NCBI RefSeq assembly: GCF_009914755.1
Contig: NC_060927.1
From: the human T2T-CHM13v2.0 reference genome, Homo sapiens
Reading direction: 5' to 3' (one strand)
Length of the DNA: 64,000 nt
Position numbers and translations under genes: made by a program. Shown here piece after piece: positions 28,710-44,134 of the stretch. The notes beneath the pieces are model-generated. The model ran no database searches. It worked only from the letters and a program-made list of their open reading frames with translations, and had not been told where the DNA came from. Positions within the stretch are counted from its first letter, which is position 1, and each line of letters begins with the position of its first letter.

Positions 28710-29920
28710 TCATACCAAAGTCACTGTCAAGGGTCTCCATGACACCTCTATGCAGGAAGAGCTGAGGTTAACAAGCCTACCCTTGTCAAGAACTTCTGGA
28801 ACCTCCTTGGGAGTGGTAAGGCGTTGCCATTCCATCCAGGTTGTTGTCTGTCCCTCTAGTCAGTACATGGCTTCTTACTAACCTGAGAACTTTGCTTAAG
28901 CTGTTGCTGCTCTCTTAGCACCACTTCAGACAGACCATGAATGGAAACCCTTTTATTAAGAGGTGATTTAGAGGATTTTTGATGATAATTGGAGGGAATT
29001 ACAATACAGAGAACTTAAACATAGATATGCTGCTGTTAGAAAGAGACCACGGTCCTAAGATCTTCATCATTGATCCCCTAGTAGGCAACTTCTTGTCTAG
29101 CTGCCTGTGATCTCACTGTTTCATAGGTCTGCCAAGCTGTTTAATCTCTGGACTGCGGCTGTGATGGGGTTCAGACTGCTTTCCCCAATGGAAGACCCAA
29201 TAATTATACTCCCTTCTCCAGAACCCTAGCCCCAATTCCTTGAATTCCAGAAATAAAATCGTTTTCCCCCTCCTCCAGCCAAAGCCCCACCTCCTACAGT
29301 CATTTTTATTCAGGATTGACTATTTTCCGGGATAATTTTTGTTGGGAATGCCACTTCTCTTGAGAGGCTATTCCAACGTTACAGAGTAATATACTCTTTG
29401 CCCCTTCATATCCAAAATATATTGGACCATAAGATATTTTTATAATTATCATCAGTATATATCTCAAATATCTTTATTCAGCATCATTATAATTTTCAGA
29501 GTCCAGGTCATTCAATCTTGAATAACACCATCTGGAAGACTTTAGTCCTTCCATCAAGTTGAACAAAATATATTTCTATATCAAAGGCTGTTCTCCAGCA
29601 TGAGGCTATGACCAGGCCTACGCAACCATCTAATTCTTTCTGAGATCTTATCCTTACCTTCTGAGTGCAACAGTTTAGGTAATAGCATGCATATCTACCA
29701 AAATCCAGCAATAACATATAAGCATAAATAATACTAACATAATCTGGAATGACAAACATCTATTAAAAATTAATCCTATTTATATTACTAACCAGAACTT
29801 TAATTTCTCAACCCAAAATATCAGTATTTGGGTCATTATACTGTACATAAAAGTCTTCCCCCAAAACGGTAAATAGATACTTGATCTTTCTAGTAGATTC
29901 TGCACATATTCCTCCCCCCC
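28710..29920 (+). mobile_element. Highly degraded LINE ORF2 (APE endonuclease to linker) fossil
   Basis: Ordered motif remnants TVKGL 28723, MQEELRLT 28750, GVAI 28820, MIIGGNYNT 28982, HFYS/RIDYF 29301-29326, NNTIWKTL 29521. Confidence 0.55.
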
Positions 29921-31312
29921 AAGTAAGGTAATCATCTCCAGAAAGTTCCAGTTTCCATGCCTTAGAAAGCAGAAGTAGTCTGTATCTTTAAATAACACTT
30001 TTTCCAGTTTCTCCCTGTCAAGAGTTAAAAAAAAAAAAGTATGACCTTTTAAACACGAGTTATTTAATTTATTTACTTGGTTAGTTGCTTTGCTTTGATG
30101 GTTTGGTTTAGTTTTGGCTTAGGAAGTACATCCTATAAGTGGGATGATTACCCACGCACATTTCTTCTTTAAACGACTGCTGTTCATTCTCCTCTACAGA
30201 GTTAATCTTTGTCCTTGTTTCCCAATTGTTAAAATGAGAACAAAATAATACTTGCAGGGAATGGATTAATCTATGTAAACCACTAGCCACATGCTAAGTG
30301 GCTTTGCTGTTGCTACTTATCTTCAGTGAGAAATTATCTTAATGCTATGTAGGTGACAGTAATTTGTTGAAGTCTGGTGAGAAACAGCACAATAAACACG
30401 TGAAAGTGACATGTAACAGTAATAAGCATCGTGGCCCATTCCTTATAGATTGAATATTTGAATTGGATGTATATGTTCAAACTCTCTGCGAATATACTGA
30501 GAGTGATTTGACATCAAATTAATATGCTTATTAATTGGCAAATAAAGACATTATCTTTAAAATTTTGTAAATTTCCATTCTTGATGAAATGAGTAGAAAT
30601 TTAAATATTATTCCTTTTATCCTTCCATTTTATATCTCTCTTTAAATTCTATTATCTATCTATCTATCATCTATCTTAGCACAGAGCCTTGAATGTTGTA
30701 GAAAGAGGAAAGTACTAAGTACTATAAGACTTCTGCTTCCAAGAACTCATAGCTGACTTACTTTCAAATTATTTCTTGTTTTGTAATAGCTGCATAAAGG
30801 TGAATGCACCAAAGACATTCTTTGCCATTTTAGTACAAACTTATTTTTGAACCCCTTTTTTAATTTACATGACATTAACCAAAATAGATTCAAAGAGTAA
30901 ATGTACAGTTTTGGCAAGTAGAATTTTGCTGGTCAAATAGTACCCTAATAAAATTAATTTGCAAACTGGAAGTAAAAGAAGAGTAAATGAGAGAGACATC
31001 AATGCTATCTGCATTACAAATTCCTAGAGAACACAAGAGAAGTTCTCCTAATTATATAATCTTATTACTAGTAACAATTTCTGTCTTGTATTTATGTACT
31101 CCTTCTCACCTATGCAATTCAGAAAACAGAGTATACTACCACTTTTAGATTAAAAGGAGTAGTTTATATCAGACTAAACTCCTGCTGAAAGTAACTATAA
31201 AAGCTGAATAAAACAGACAACACAGATGTTGAAATCACCAGGCAGCAACTAAAGCAGCTATAATGTGAAGGATCGTGACAATCAATAAAAAGGCTTTAGA
31301 GAAGTAAGCCCA

Positions 31313-33173
<1,861 letters not shown>

Positions 33174-33786
33174 GAGATTCAGAGAGATTAAGTGAATTGC
33201 TGCAAGTCACATAGCTAGTGAGTTGGAAAGTTGGCGTTTGCTAACCCTAGATATTAACCTTTTATTCCACTCTGCCCTGTATAATTGGTAAAATATCCCT
33301 TAAAACACTGCAAATAGCTCTTAGTCTGCAAAATGTACTAGATACACCCAAATCTACCAGTCCTAAACATTTACTTCCCAAATCTCACAGTTTCTACCTA
33401 ATTTCTTTTCACTTTGCTCCAGTCTATAAGAGAATAATGAGAATGTCTCCAATCAGCTCCCCTAGGGATTAAATACACAGGAATAGGAAGAAGACATGGC
33501 TGTCATCAAATCTCTCCAGATCTCCTCTTTTATCTACTTTAGTCCCATGGCAACTTCTTTCAGGCCCAGGACATGGGAAGCATTTCACAGATGTGTTGCA
33601 ATAGATGAGCTGTTAGGATCATAAGCATTTGTAATGTGAATGTACCTACCTAAGGTGAATTAGTTATATAGTGTAGGTAACAAGCTTAGTGTGCTCCTGT
33701 CCCAGCAGGGGCCCCAAAATATGTGTGTGCATTTGGGTGTGTATGTGTTTTACTTTAATGGATAAATAAATGGACTAAAAAAAAAA
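33174..33786 (+). other. L1 3' transduction: ~600 bp of non-L1 sequence, AATAAA, second poly-A
   Basis: AATAAA 33765-33770, A10 33777-33786; TSD agaagtaagccca at 31300-31312 and 33786-33798 encloses the L1 plus this segment. Confidence 0.88.
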
Positions 33787-33935
33787 GAAGTAAGCCCAAC
33801 ATTTACACATGATTTCCGCGGAAGCATTTGATATTCTTAACTTTCATGTGTATAGGGAAAAAGGCCAAGCACAACGTAGCTACTCAAAGATGAAAATGCT
33901 AAGCAGACATTCTGGCAGTCTCACTGGGTTGGGCA

Positions 33936-34326
33936 TGTTATCAACTGAAAGTTTATACCTTCCTCAAATTTATATGTTGAAGCAGCAACCTTCAGTATGA
34001 TGGTATTTGGAGATTGGGCCTTTGAGAGGTAGTTAGAATGAGATTAGGTGATGAGGTTGAGCCCTCATGATGAGATTAGTAGCCTTATAAGAAAAGAAAG
34101 AGAGATCAATCACTGTCTACATGCAAGCACTAAGGAACTACCATTTAAAGACATAGCAAGAAGATGACCATCTCTGTAAGCCAGAAAGAGAGCCCTCACA
34201 AGAACCTGATTATGCTGGCACTCTGGTCTCGGATTCCAGGCCCCAGAACATTGATAAAATAAGTGTGGTTGTTTAAGCCATCCAGTGTATAGTATTTTGT
34301 TACAGCAGGTTAAGCTGTCTAAGACA
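33936..34326 (+). mobile_element. MaLR solo LTR (MSTC/MSTD/MLT1A-like)
   Basis: tgttatcaactgaa..aaatttatatgttgaa..gccctcatgatgagattagt..gtattttgttacagcag..ctaagaca. Confidence 0.85.
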
Positions 34327-35583
34327 GGGAGAGAAAAATAGGAATTAAGAGTCAGCCAGAGAAAAAGCCACTTGGAATATATTCAAGGCTTCTAGTTGGA
34401 ATGATTGAAGGATTATGTTCTGGACATAAAGGCAAACTGAGAATAGGCAAACTGAGAACAGACAAACTATCAAAAAGCTTGAAAGACAACCTCGAAGCTG
34501 TGAAATTCCAATTGGGTCAAAGTGATCTGCTTGTACTGTATCTGCCAGCTAGAAGAAAATTAAGACTTCTCTGAAGGAAGGTGACATTATGCAGAGATTC
34601 TGCATTTTCTTCATATATAATATGCAGCATTACCTTAAATAAAAGTAAAAAACAGGCATGCCAAGACAGAAACCATAAAACAAAAAAAACTCAAGAGGGA
34701 GGAAACAGCAGATCTGTAGGTTATGCAGGTGTTGGAGTTGAGAGATAAAGACCTTAAAATATTCAGCATTATGTAGAATAAAATAGAAGAAAATATGAAT
34801 AAGGTAGATAAAGAGATAGATACTTTTTGTTTGAAACAGAAAAAACTGAAGAGGTAATGAATAATGGCAAGAATTTTCCCAAACTGGAGTAAGACATTAA
34901 TCCAGATTGAAGAAGATTTACAGACTACAAACAAAACTTAAAAATACAAAAATACAAATAAATAATAAAAAATAAAAAATACAAAGAAAAAATCACATAA
35001 AACCACACAACTGGGCATATTATATTAAAATTGCTAAAAAACAAATTTCAAAAAAGATTTTAAAATGAGACAGAGAAAAGAGTAATGTCATCTTAAAGAA
35101 GGAACAAAAAGATTTACAACAACTTTAAAGTGCCTCATGAAAATAAGTGGAACCTATACTCTATACCCAGCAGAATTTTTTGTCAAAATGAAAGAGAAAT
35201 AAATATATCGTAAGAGGAAAAAAAGAGAAGAATTTGTCACCAGCAGTATCCACTACAAGAAATAATACAAGAATATAGAAATACAGAAAGGAAAAAAGAA
35301 TAATAATTAGAAAAAATATACGGGTAAATTTCAGTAAATATTCACTTTACAAAAAACAGTAATTTTGCATGGAATTTAAAAATATATACCTAGAGTTAAA
35401 ATTCATAAAAAATGTAATACAAAAGGCAAGAGAAGGATGAATGAAGTTATCATGTTCTAGGATTCTAGCAGTACTGGAGAAGTAGTAAAAGGTAATAAAC
35501 TGTATTAACCTACAATGAGTTAAGGATGTACACAGTGATCTCTAGTGTAACTACTAAAAGGATGAGTAAAATATATAACTAAC

Positions 35584-35935
35584 TATTAATCCATTTTCAC
35601 ACTGTTATAAAGATACTACCTAAAACTGGGTACATTATAAATGAAAGAGATTTAATTGACTTACTGTTCCACATGGCTGGAGAAACCTCAGGAAACTTAC
35701 AATCATGGTGGAAGGAGAAAGAGAAGTAAGGCATGCTTTACGTGGCAGCAGGAGAGAGAGAGAGTTTGTGCAGGGGCAATTGCCGATTTTAAACCATCAG
35801 ATCTCATGAGAAATCCCTCACTATCACGAGAACAACATTGGGGAAACTACCTCCATGATCCAATCACCTCCTCAACATGTGGGGATTACAATTCAAGATG
35901 AGATTTAGATGGGGACACAGAGCCAAACCATATCA
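35584..35935 (-). mobile_element. THE1 (D-like) solo LTR
   Basis: ccattttcacactgttataaagatactacc..cacagagccaaaccatatca; TSD ctaac 35579-35583 / 35936-35940. Confidence 0.9.
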
Positions 35936-36942
35936 CTAACTGCTTATTGGGAGGAAAGTAATAGAATAATAAAATTTTTTTATTAATCAAAAATAAGGCA
36001 AGAAAGAAAAAAGGAACATAAATGTGTTAAGTGGAAAAAAAGTAATTGTGTAAATAAATTTAAATATCAATAATTACATTAAATGTAAATAGGCTACTTA
36101 CTTCTATTAAAAGGCAGCATTGTCAGAGTAGATTGAAAAACCCCAATAGTTATATGCTATTTACAAAATGAACACTTTAAATACAAGGACTTAGTTTCCA
36201 AGAAAAGAATGAAAAAAGACATACCACGTACAGACTAACCAAAAAAAGCTGGCATGGCAGTACCATACAAAGTACATTTTTAAAGACAAAAATATTACTA
36301 GAGATAATGACCAACATTTCATAAGGCCAATGAGTACATTAATCAATAAGTTACAACAATTTAAATGTTAATGTACCCAATAGTAGAGCTTCAAAATTTA
36401 TAAGCAAAAATTGATAAGATTAAAATAAAAAGTAGATAAATTTACAGTCAGAAAGATTTAAAACATTTCTCTCTATGTACAAAGTACAAGCAAACAAAAA
36501 TAAACTCAGTATGAGTATAGATTTTTAATAACCACAAAACTGACCCAATTAACATATTTAGAACACTGCACACAATGACAGAATACTCATTCTTTTCAAG
36601 TACACGTCAAACATTTCCCAAAATTTATGTTGTGTCATAAAATAAACTTCAAGAAATTTCAATGATTTATATCACTCAAAATAATTTCTTTGACCATAAT
36701 TGAATCAAACTACAATTTGATCACAGAAAGGTGATCCCCTGCTTGGAAATTAGATAACGTATTGTTAAGTAATTTGTGGGATAAAGAGGAAATAAGAACT
36801 TTTTAGCTGAAAAATAAGAAAGACATGTGATATGTGATACTTATATGATATGACTAAAACAGTCTTGCTAAGAGACATGTATATAGGATTAAATGCATAT
36901 ATTTGAAAGAAAGTCTCAAAATCAACATTCTAAGCTTCTACC

Positions 36943-37102
36943 TTTTTTTTTTTTTTTTTTTGGAGACACTCTGTTATCTAGCCTGGAGTGCAGTGGTGTG
37001 ATCATAACTCACTGTAACCTCAGATTCTTGAGCTCAAGACATTCTCCTACCTCAAGTGTCCCAAGTAGCTAGGACTACAGGCATGTGACACCATGCCCAG
37101 CT
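36943..37102 (-). mobile_element. Alu right monomer (FRAM/AluJ)
   Basis: TSD taagcttctacctt 36931-36944 / taagcttgtacctt 37103-37116. Confidence 0.88.
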
Positions 37103-40100
37103 TAAGCTTGTACCTTAAGAGGCTTGGAAACTAAATAAAACAGACAATTTAACCCAAAGAAAGATAAAAGAAGGAAGTATTAAAGATAAGAATAGAAACA
37201 GAGTAGAAAACACACATACAATAGAGAAAATAATTTGAGCCAAACTTTTATCCTTTGCAAAGATTAATCATACCATCAAAAATCCATTAATAAAACAAAT
37301 CAAAACAAACTGAAAAAATGCACAAAATTATCATTAAAAGACATGGCAAGAAGGGCATCATTATAGATGCTACAGAGTTTAAAAGGATAATAAAAAGATA
37401 TTATGAAAAACTTTATACCAATATATGGTGATATAGATAAAATAAACAAATTCCTTGATAAATACAACTTGCCAAATTAGACCACAAAAAATAATATACC
37501 TGAATGCTTCTGTATTTATAAAAGATATGTAATTTATTATTGAAACTCTACCCTCAAAGAAAACACAACAATTAACAATAATAACAACAACAACAACAAA
37601 ACAAATTCCCAGTCCCAGATAGCTTCATTGGAGAATTTTCCCAAATATTTACAAAAGAAAGAAAACCTATCTCACAAAATGGTCCAAGAATTTAAAAACT
37701 GGGGAATTCCTCTCTGTTGTTTATGGGCCAGCACATCCTTGATTTGAAACCTGGCAATAATATTACCAGAAAGGAAAAATACAGACTATAGACAAAGATT
37801 CTGAAAAGAAAAATATAGATCATAGATAAAGTATCAAAAGAAATTATTAGCAATGAAATTAAACAGTATATGAAAAGGCATACATCATGATAAAGTAGAA
37901 TCTATTCTAGGTATCAAGAACAGCATGATATTTTTAAAAAACCATATATTTCACCACATTAATAGAAAAGTACAAAAATTATATAATCTTGAGAGATACA
38001 GAAATTATTTGATACAATTTACCATCCATTCATGATAAAAAACTCATAGCAAACTATGAATAGAAGGGAACTTTCTTAATCTGACAAAAAAAATTTATAG
38101 GACACCTACAGCAAACATCAGATTTAATATCAAAATATTTAAAACTTTGCCCTTGAGATAAGAAAGAATGTAAGGATGAGGCTATCACCACTTCTATTTA
38201 ACATTATATCAGAAATCCTACCCAGGGAAAAGTCAATAAAAAAGTAAAAATTTGTACATACCTAAAAACACAAATTCAAAATATTTAAAGGAAAATTTGA
38301 CACTATGGACAAATACACAATTATAGTTAGTACTTTAAACACATTTTTCAGAGTAACTAATAGAACAAGCAAATAAATACTGAAAGGATAGAAAAGATTT
38401 GAACAATACAATAATTTAATTTGACCAAATTGGCATTTGTAGAAACTGAAGAAAATACATTTTTTTCCAGATGCCATGAAATTTTTACCAAAAAGGGAGT
38501 GTATGCTGTGCCATAAAGTGAGTCTAAAAAATTTTCAAAGGATTAAAATTGAGTAGAATATATTCTCAGGCAATGGTAGAATTAAACTACAAATCAATAA
38601 GAAAATATTTCCCGATTAATTGGAAATTAAGTTATATGCTTTAAAATAAGTTATGCTTTAACATAAAAATCTCGTTACTGATATTAGGAATAAAAATAAG
38701 AACATGGCTATAAATCCTAAAGACGTTGAAATGATAGTAAAAACTGCACTCATAATCTGAAGAAAATACACAAAGAAAACTACAGCCTCTGATAAAAAAG
38801 TGGTAACAATCCTACGCGACATCTTTCAAAGAAAAGAAAAATAGAGGATGCTTTCAAACTCATTTTGTTGCAATGGTATTAGAAGAATGGAAATCTACAG
38901 GCTAATCGCTTTTATGAACTTAGGAACAAATATCCTAAACAAATCATTAGCAAACTGAATAAAATGAATTAAGAAGATAATCATTACCTAGTAGGATTTA
39001 TTTCAGGAATGAAAGGAATGTTTAACAACAGGAAATCAGTCAATATTATGTTCTACATTAATACACTCACAGAGGAAGATATTAATAGAATGCTTTCAGA
39101 AATTGATAACTCTTGCAGAAAAAAACATAGTAGGACTGTAGTAATATAAATAATGCATTTTATTAGCTTGACCTAGCACCTATATAGTATTTAGCATCAA
39201 ACAATAATGGGTCTAAGTTATTTTCAAGCATACAGAAATAAAACATTCTCTTGAGTCGACATTCTTTAAGAGCACAATGGGAATTCCAATAGATTGCCAA
39301 GAGTTGATATCACACAGAACATAGTCAATTATTAAAATCAAGTAAATAAATAAGAAATTAATTAATATTTAAAAACAAATTTAAAAGCAAAGCAACATTT
39401 AACAACTTATAAAGAGATAATCATAATATAAAATATAAAATAGTTTTAAACAAAGGAAGTATGTATAAGCACTGTGTGATGCGTTTAAGAAAAATGCTAT
39501 AAACAAGTAGGATAAAGTTTCAAGTCAAAAAGCTAAAAAATAAAAAAAGCACAAACAGAATGTAAAAAAGGTAAAATCAGAAATTAATGAAATAAAAAAT
39601 AAAGAAGAAATTATAAAATGTAAAAAGCTGATGATTTTAATAACTAATAAAACAGACATATGTGAAAAAAATTGAGAAAAGGAGAGCAAATGCAAATAAA
39701 TACTGAAAGGAATATGAGAATAAAAATATTATAAATACAATTTAATTGAGAGTGTATATGAAAGATACCGTGAACAATTTTTGCTAATAAATTAAAAAAT
39801 TTGGATAAGGTACAAAATATAAAATATATAAATGATAAAATTGACAAAACAGGATTTTTTTTATATTGACAGATCGAAGACTTTAAAAAATTGTATTAAT
39901 AGTAAAAAAATTTCTCTAGCAGTTTTGTAGGTGAATTCTTTCAAATATAAATGGAAAAGATAATTCCTTTTATATGTAAACTGTTTCAGAAAATAGAAAG
40001 AAGAGGTAAGTTACGTAACTCATTTTTTAAGGCTAAAATTATAGTCCAGCATTACTAACAAACATAGATGCACAAATTCTAAATAATATAAGACCAAGTA

Positions 40101-41534
40101 GAATTCAGCGCAGTACTACATATATAAAAATGTGAACAAATAACATTTATTCTAAAACAATAATTCAGCATTATGAACCTATTAATGTAATTTATCAGAT
40201 TTACAGGTTTAATAAAGCTATGGGAAAAGGTAGGCAAAAAATTGAATTCAACTTGAAAGTAATATTTAATTTATTTTATATATTAAAAAGATCTGAGGCA
40301 ATTATGACAAAACCTTACCCCACCTTGGTGTGGGTACGTGTGCTTTTACTGTATTACTCTCTGTAGTTGTCCAATTTTGTAATTTTACAGCCTATTCTCT
40401 ACTAGATTGCAGCAAGATTTTCTGCATTATCAATAGATAAAGCTATTTCTTATTGAAGAAAGCCTGTAAAAATCAACCTCCTACTCTTTTGACCCATTCA
40501 AATACAATGGGGCTTTTGCCTTTGCTTATAAAAAAAAAAAAAAAGCCATTTTATTGCTGTGAACAGGAAAATCAGATCAACCTCAAAGGTCATGAGTGAC
40601 TTTCTGTGAGGTTTCTTTGTTCTTAGCTCAGTTCAGGGATTTAAAATGACACCTCTTTCCCTGAGAAAGGAGAGCCTGTCTTCCTCTGGGAAAGCACTGC
40701 TTTATGTGGTGTGAGGAAATGGCAGATCACAGTACCTCAGTCAGGTTGTGAGGTAAGATGCTGCAGCTTACGATGTGGCAACTTCCTTCTGCCTTCTCTT
40801 TTAATATAAGTATTTGATTCCATTCAAGGCCACTGGCCTCATATAAAACCGCCTCTGAGCCAGTGTCAGATATTCATCTCCACATGATCTGCTTTCACCT
40901 GACACAACATCTGTCTCTCTCCTTAGAGAGACACAGAGGAAAAGCAACTGTGGAATGTAATCACCGAGGTCTCTAGGCTATTGAACTCCCCACTTGCTGA
41001 GATTCAGCTAAAAGCCTGCGTTCCTTTGCTGTGAGAAGGAAGAAGAGTCATTTTTGCACTTAATTGAAACTGTATTCTTAAAATGATTGATCCTCTTATT
41101 CATCAACGTCATTGAATTAAACTAAAATGATGATGTTGATGATAGTACTAATTTCAGCAAAAACAAGAAGTATTAGTCTTTTTCATTATCTCCAGTCTTA
41201 CTAGGATTATTTGTATGATTTAGGTTTCTACTCTTGATTGAAGATGGCCCGAGAGCACTGAATGGGATAAGGCACCTAAAAATTTAGCACAGTGGTTGAC
41301 GATGATATATGTTACTGTATAGTTTCTACCCCTAACCGCATCAAGAGCTTCTTTTGTTTGTAAGAGTTCACACAAGGTGGGATTAAAAGACAGATCCCAG
41401 GATCATTGAGGGATTTTGGAGGAGACAAATAGACTTTGAACTGGCTTCATGATAGTTTCAGAAGAATCTGGGTTATCCTAGGATACATTGCCCCTAGACT
41501 CAGGTAAGAGGGAAGCTTCACATGAGTCTTAATA

Positions 41535-42082
<548 letters not shown>

Positions 42083-42429
42083 GGAAATGAACCCCGTCTG
42101 GTTATTTCATGGTTGCACGCCTTCCTGTGGTACCAGGGGTCCTTGCAGCCAAGGGAATGTGCCCTTCTAGTGTTCATAACAAGTTTCTAGGCTTTTCCCT
42201 ATGTACCAAAGAATATTACGCTTAAATGACACATAGCCCACTTCCAGGGCCTGTACTGGATTCTTCATCAGCTCCTTCCTCAAAAGGCATGACTGGTAGA
42301 TGATGAAGATAGGATAGGAAGAGATGGGGATGAACTGTGGGGAAGTATCCTGAGGCTAACATTCATGCTACATTGTTCTGGTCTGGAATTCCAAGATTTC
42401 TGAGAATTTTAAATTTAAAACTGGCCTTA

Positions 42430-42735
42430 GGCCAAGTGTAGTGGCTCATGCCTGTAATCCCAGCATTTTGGGAGGGCTAAGTGAAAAGATAGCTTGAGTC
42501 CAGGAGTTTGAGACCAGCCTGGGGAACAAAGTGAGACCTCCATCTGTACAAAAAATGCAAAAAATTAGCCAGGCATGATGCCGTGGGCCTGTAGTCCCAG
42601 ATACTTGGGAGGCTAAGCTGGAGGATCCTTTGAGTCTTGGGAGGTCTGGGCTGCAGTGAGCCATGACTGTGACACAGCATTCCAACCTGAGTGACAGAGC
42701 GAGACCCTGTCTCAAAAACAAACAAATAAATGAAC
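42430..42735 (+). mobile_element. AluJ
   Basis: Diverged full Alu; TSD-like ctggcctt on both sides. Confidence 0.9.
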
Positions 42736-43142
42736 AAACACCCTGGCCTTTAATGTTATTTAGGTGCATCTTTCAATGGAATATAGAACTTTATTTTGAT
42801 TAATAGTTTGTTAGTTTACATTTACAAATTCAAAATATTTAAACACATAGTACACGGGCCTTTATTTGTACTCCTACTCTGAGCTGCACAAATATTGAGA
42901 GCAAACCTGTCCCAGGATATCCAGTACTCTTACTTTGAAAAAAACCACCAATTCCCAAGTTACTCTCAGGGTATCCATAATAAGTCTGTTGCAGATGTAT
43001 ATTCCCAACAGTTGTCCTTTGCATAAATTATACCCAATCAGAGAGGCTAGAACTCAGCCAACCTCTATATTCCACACTTTTGTCCCAGAAGTTCCACCTT
43101 AATATATGCAGTCTAAGAGTCAGTATTCTCAGATCCCTTTAT

Positions 43143-43662
<520 letters not shown>

Positions 43663-43686
43663 TCACCTTAATGCTTTCTGAGGTAT

Positions 43687-43897
43687 TCTGATGGTTAATT
43701 CTATGTGTCAACATGACTATGCCAAAGGGTGTCCAGATGAAACGTTATTTCTCAGTGTGGCTGTGACAGCATTTGTGGATGAGATTAGCATTTGAATCAG
43801 TGGACTCATTAAACTAGATTGCTCTTTCCTATTAGATGATGTATGTTGGCATTTAATCTATTGAGGGCTTGAATAGAACAAAAGGTAGAGAAAGGAG
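43687..43897 (+). mobile_element. MLT2 (B/C/D-like) LTR, 5' part
   Basis: tgatggttaattctatgtgtcaac..gagattagcatttgaatcagtggact..gaatagaacaaaaggtagag. Confidence 0.85.
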
Positions 43898-44087
43898 TGA
43901 TACAGTTTGTATGTTGTCCCCTCTAAATCTCATGTTGAATTGTAATCCCCAATGTTGGAGGTGGGGCCTGGTGGGAGGTGATTGGATCATGGGGATAAGT
44001 TTCTCGTGAATGACTTAGTACCACCCACTTGGGCTGTCCTCATGGCAGTGAGCAAGTTCTCATGAGATCTGGCTGTGTGGCATCTTC

Positions 44088-44134
<47 letters not shown>

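Noticed and set aside
28693-28713. Peptide EVPLYFH resembling a remembered bornavirus L segment (possible endogenous viral element)
   Set aside because: A single 7-aa match from memory with no extension is expected by chance; ordered LINE endonuclease motifs explain the region better
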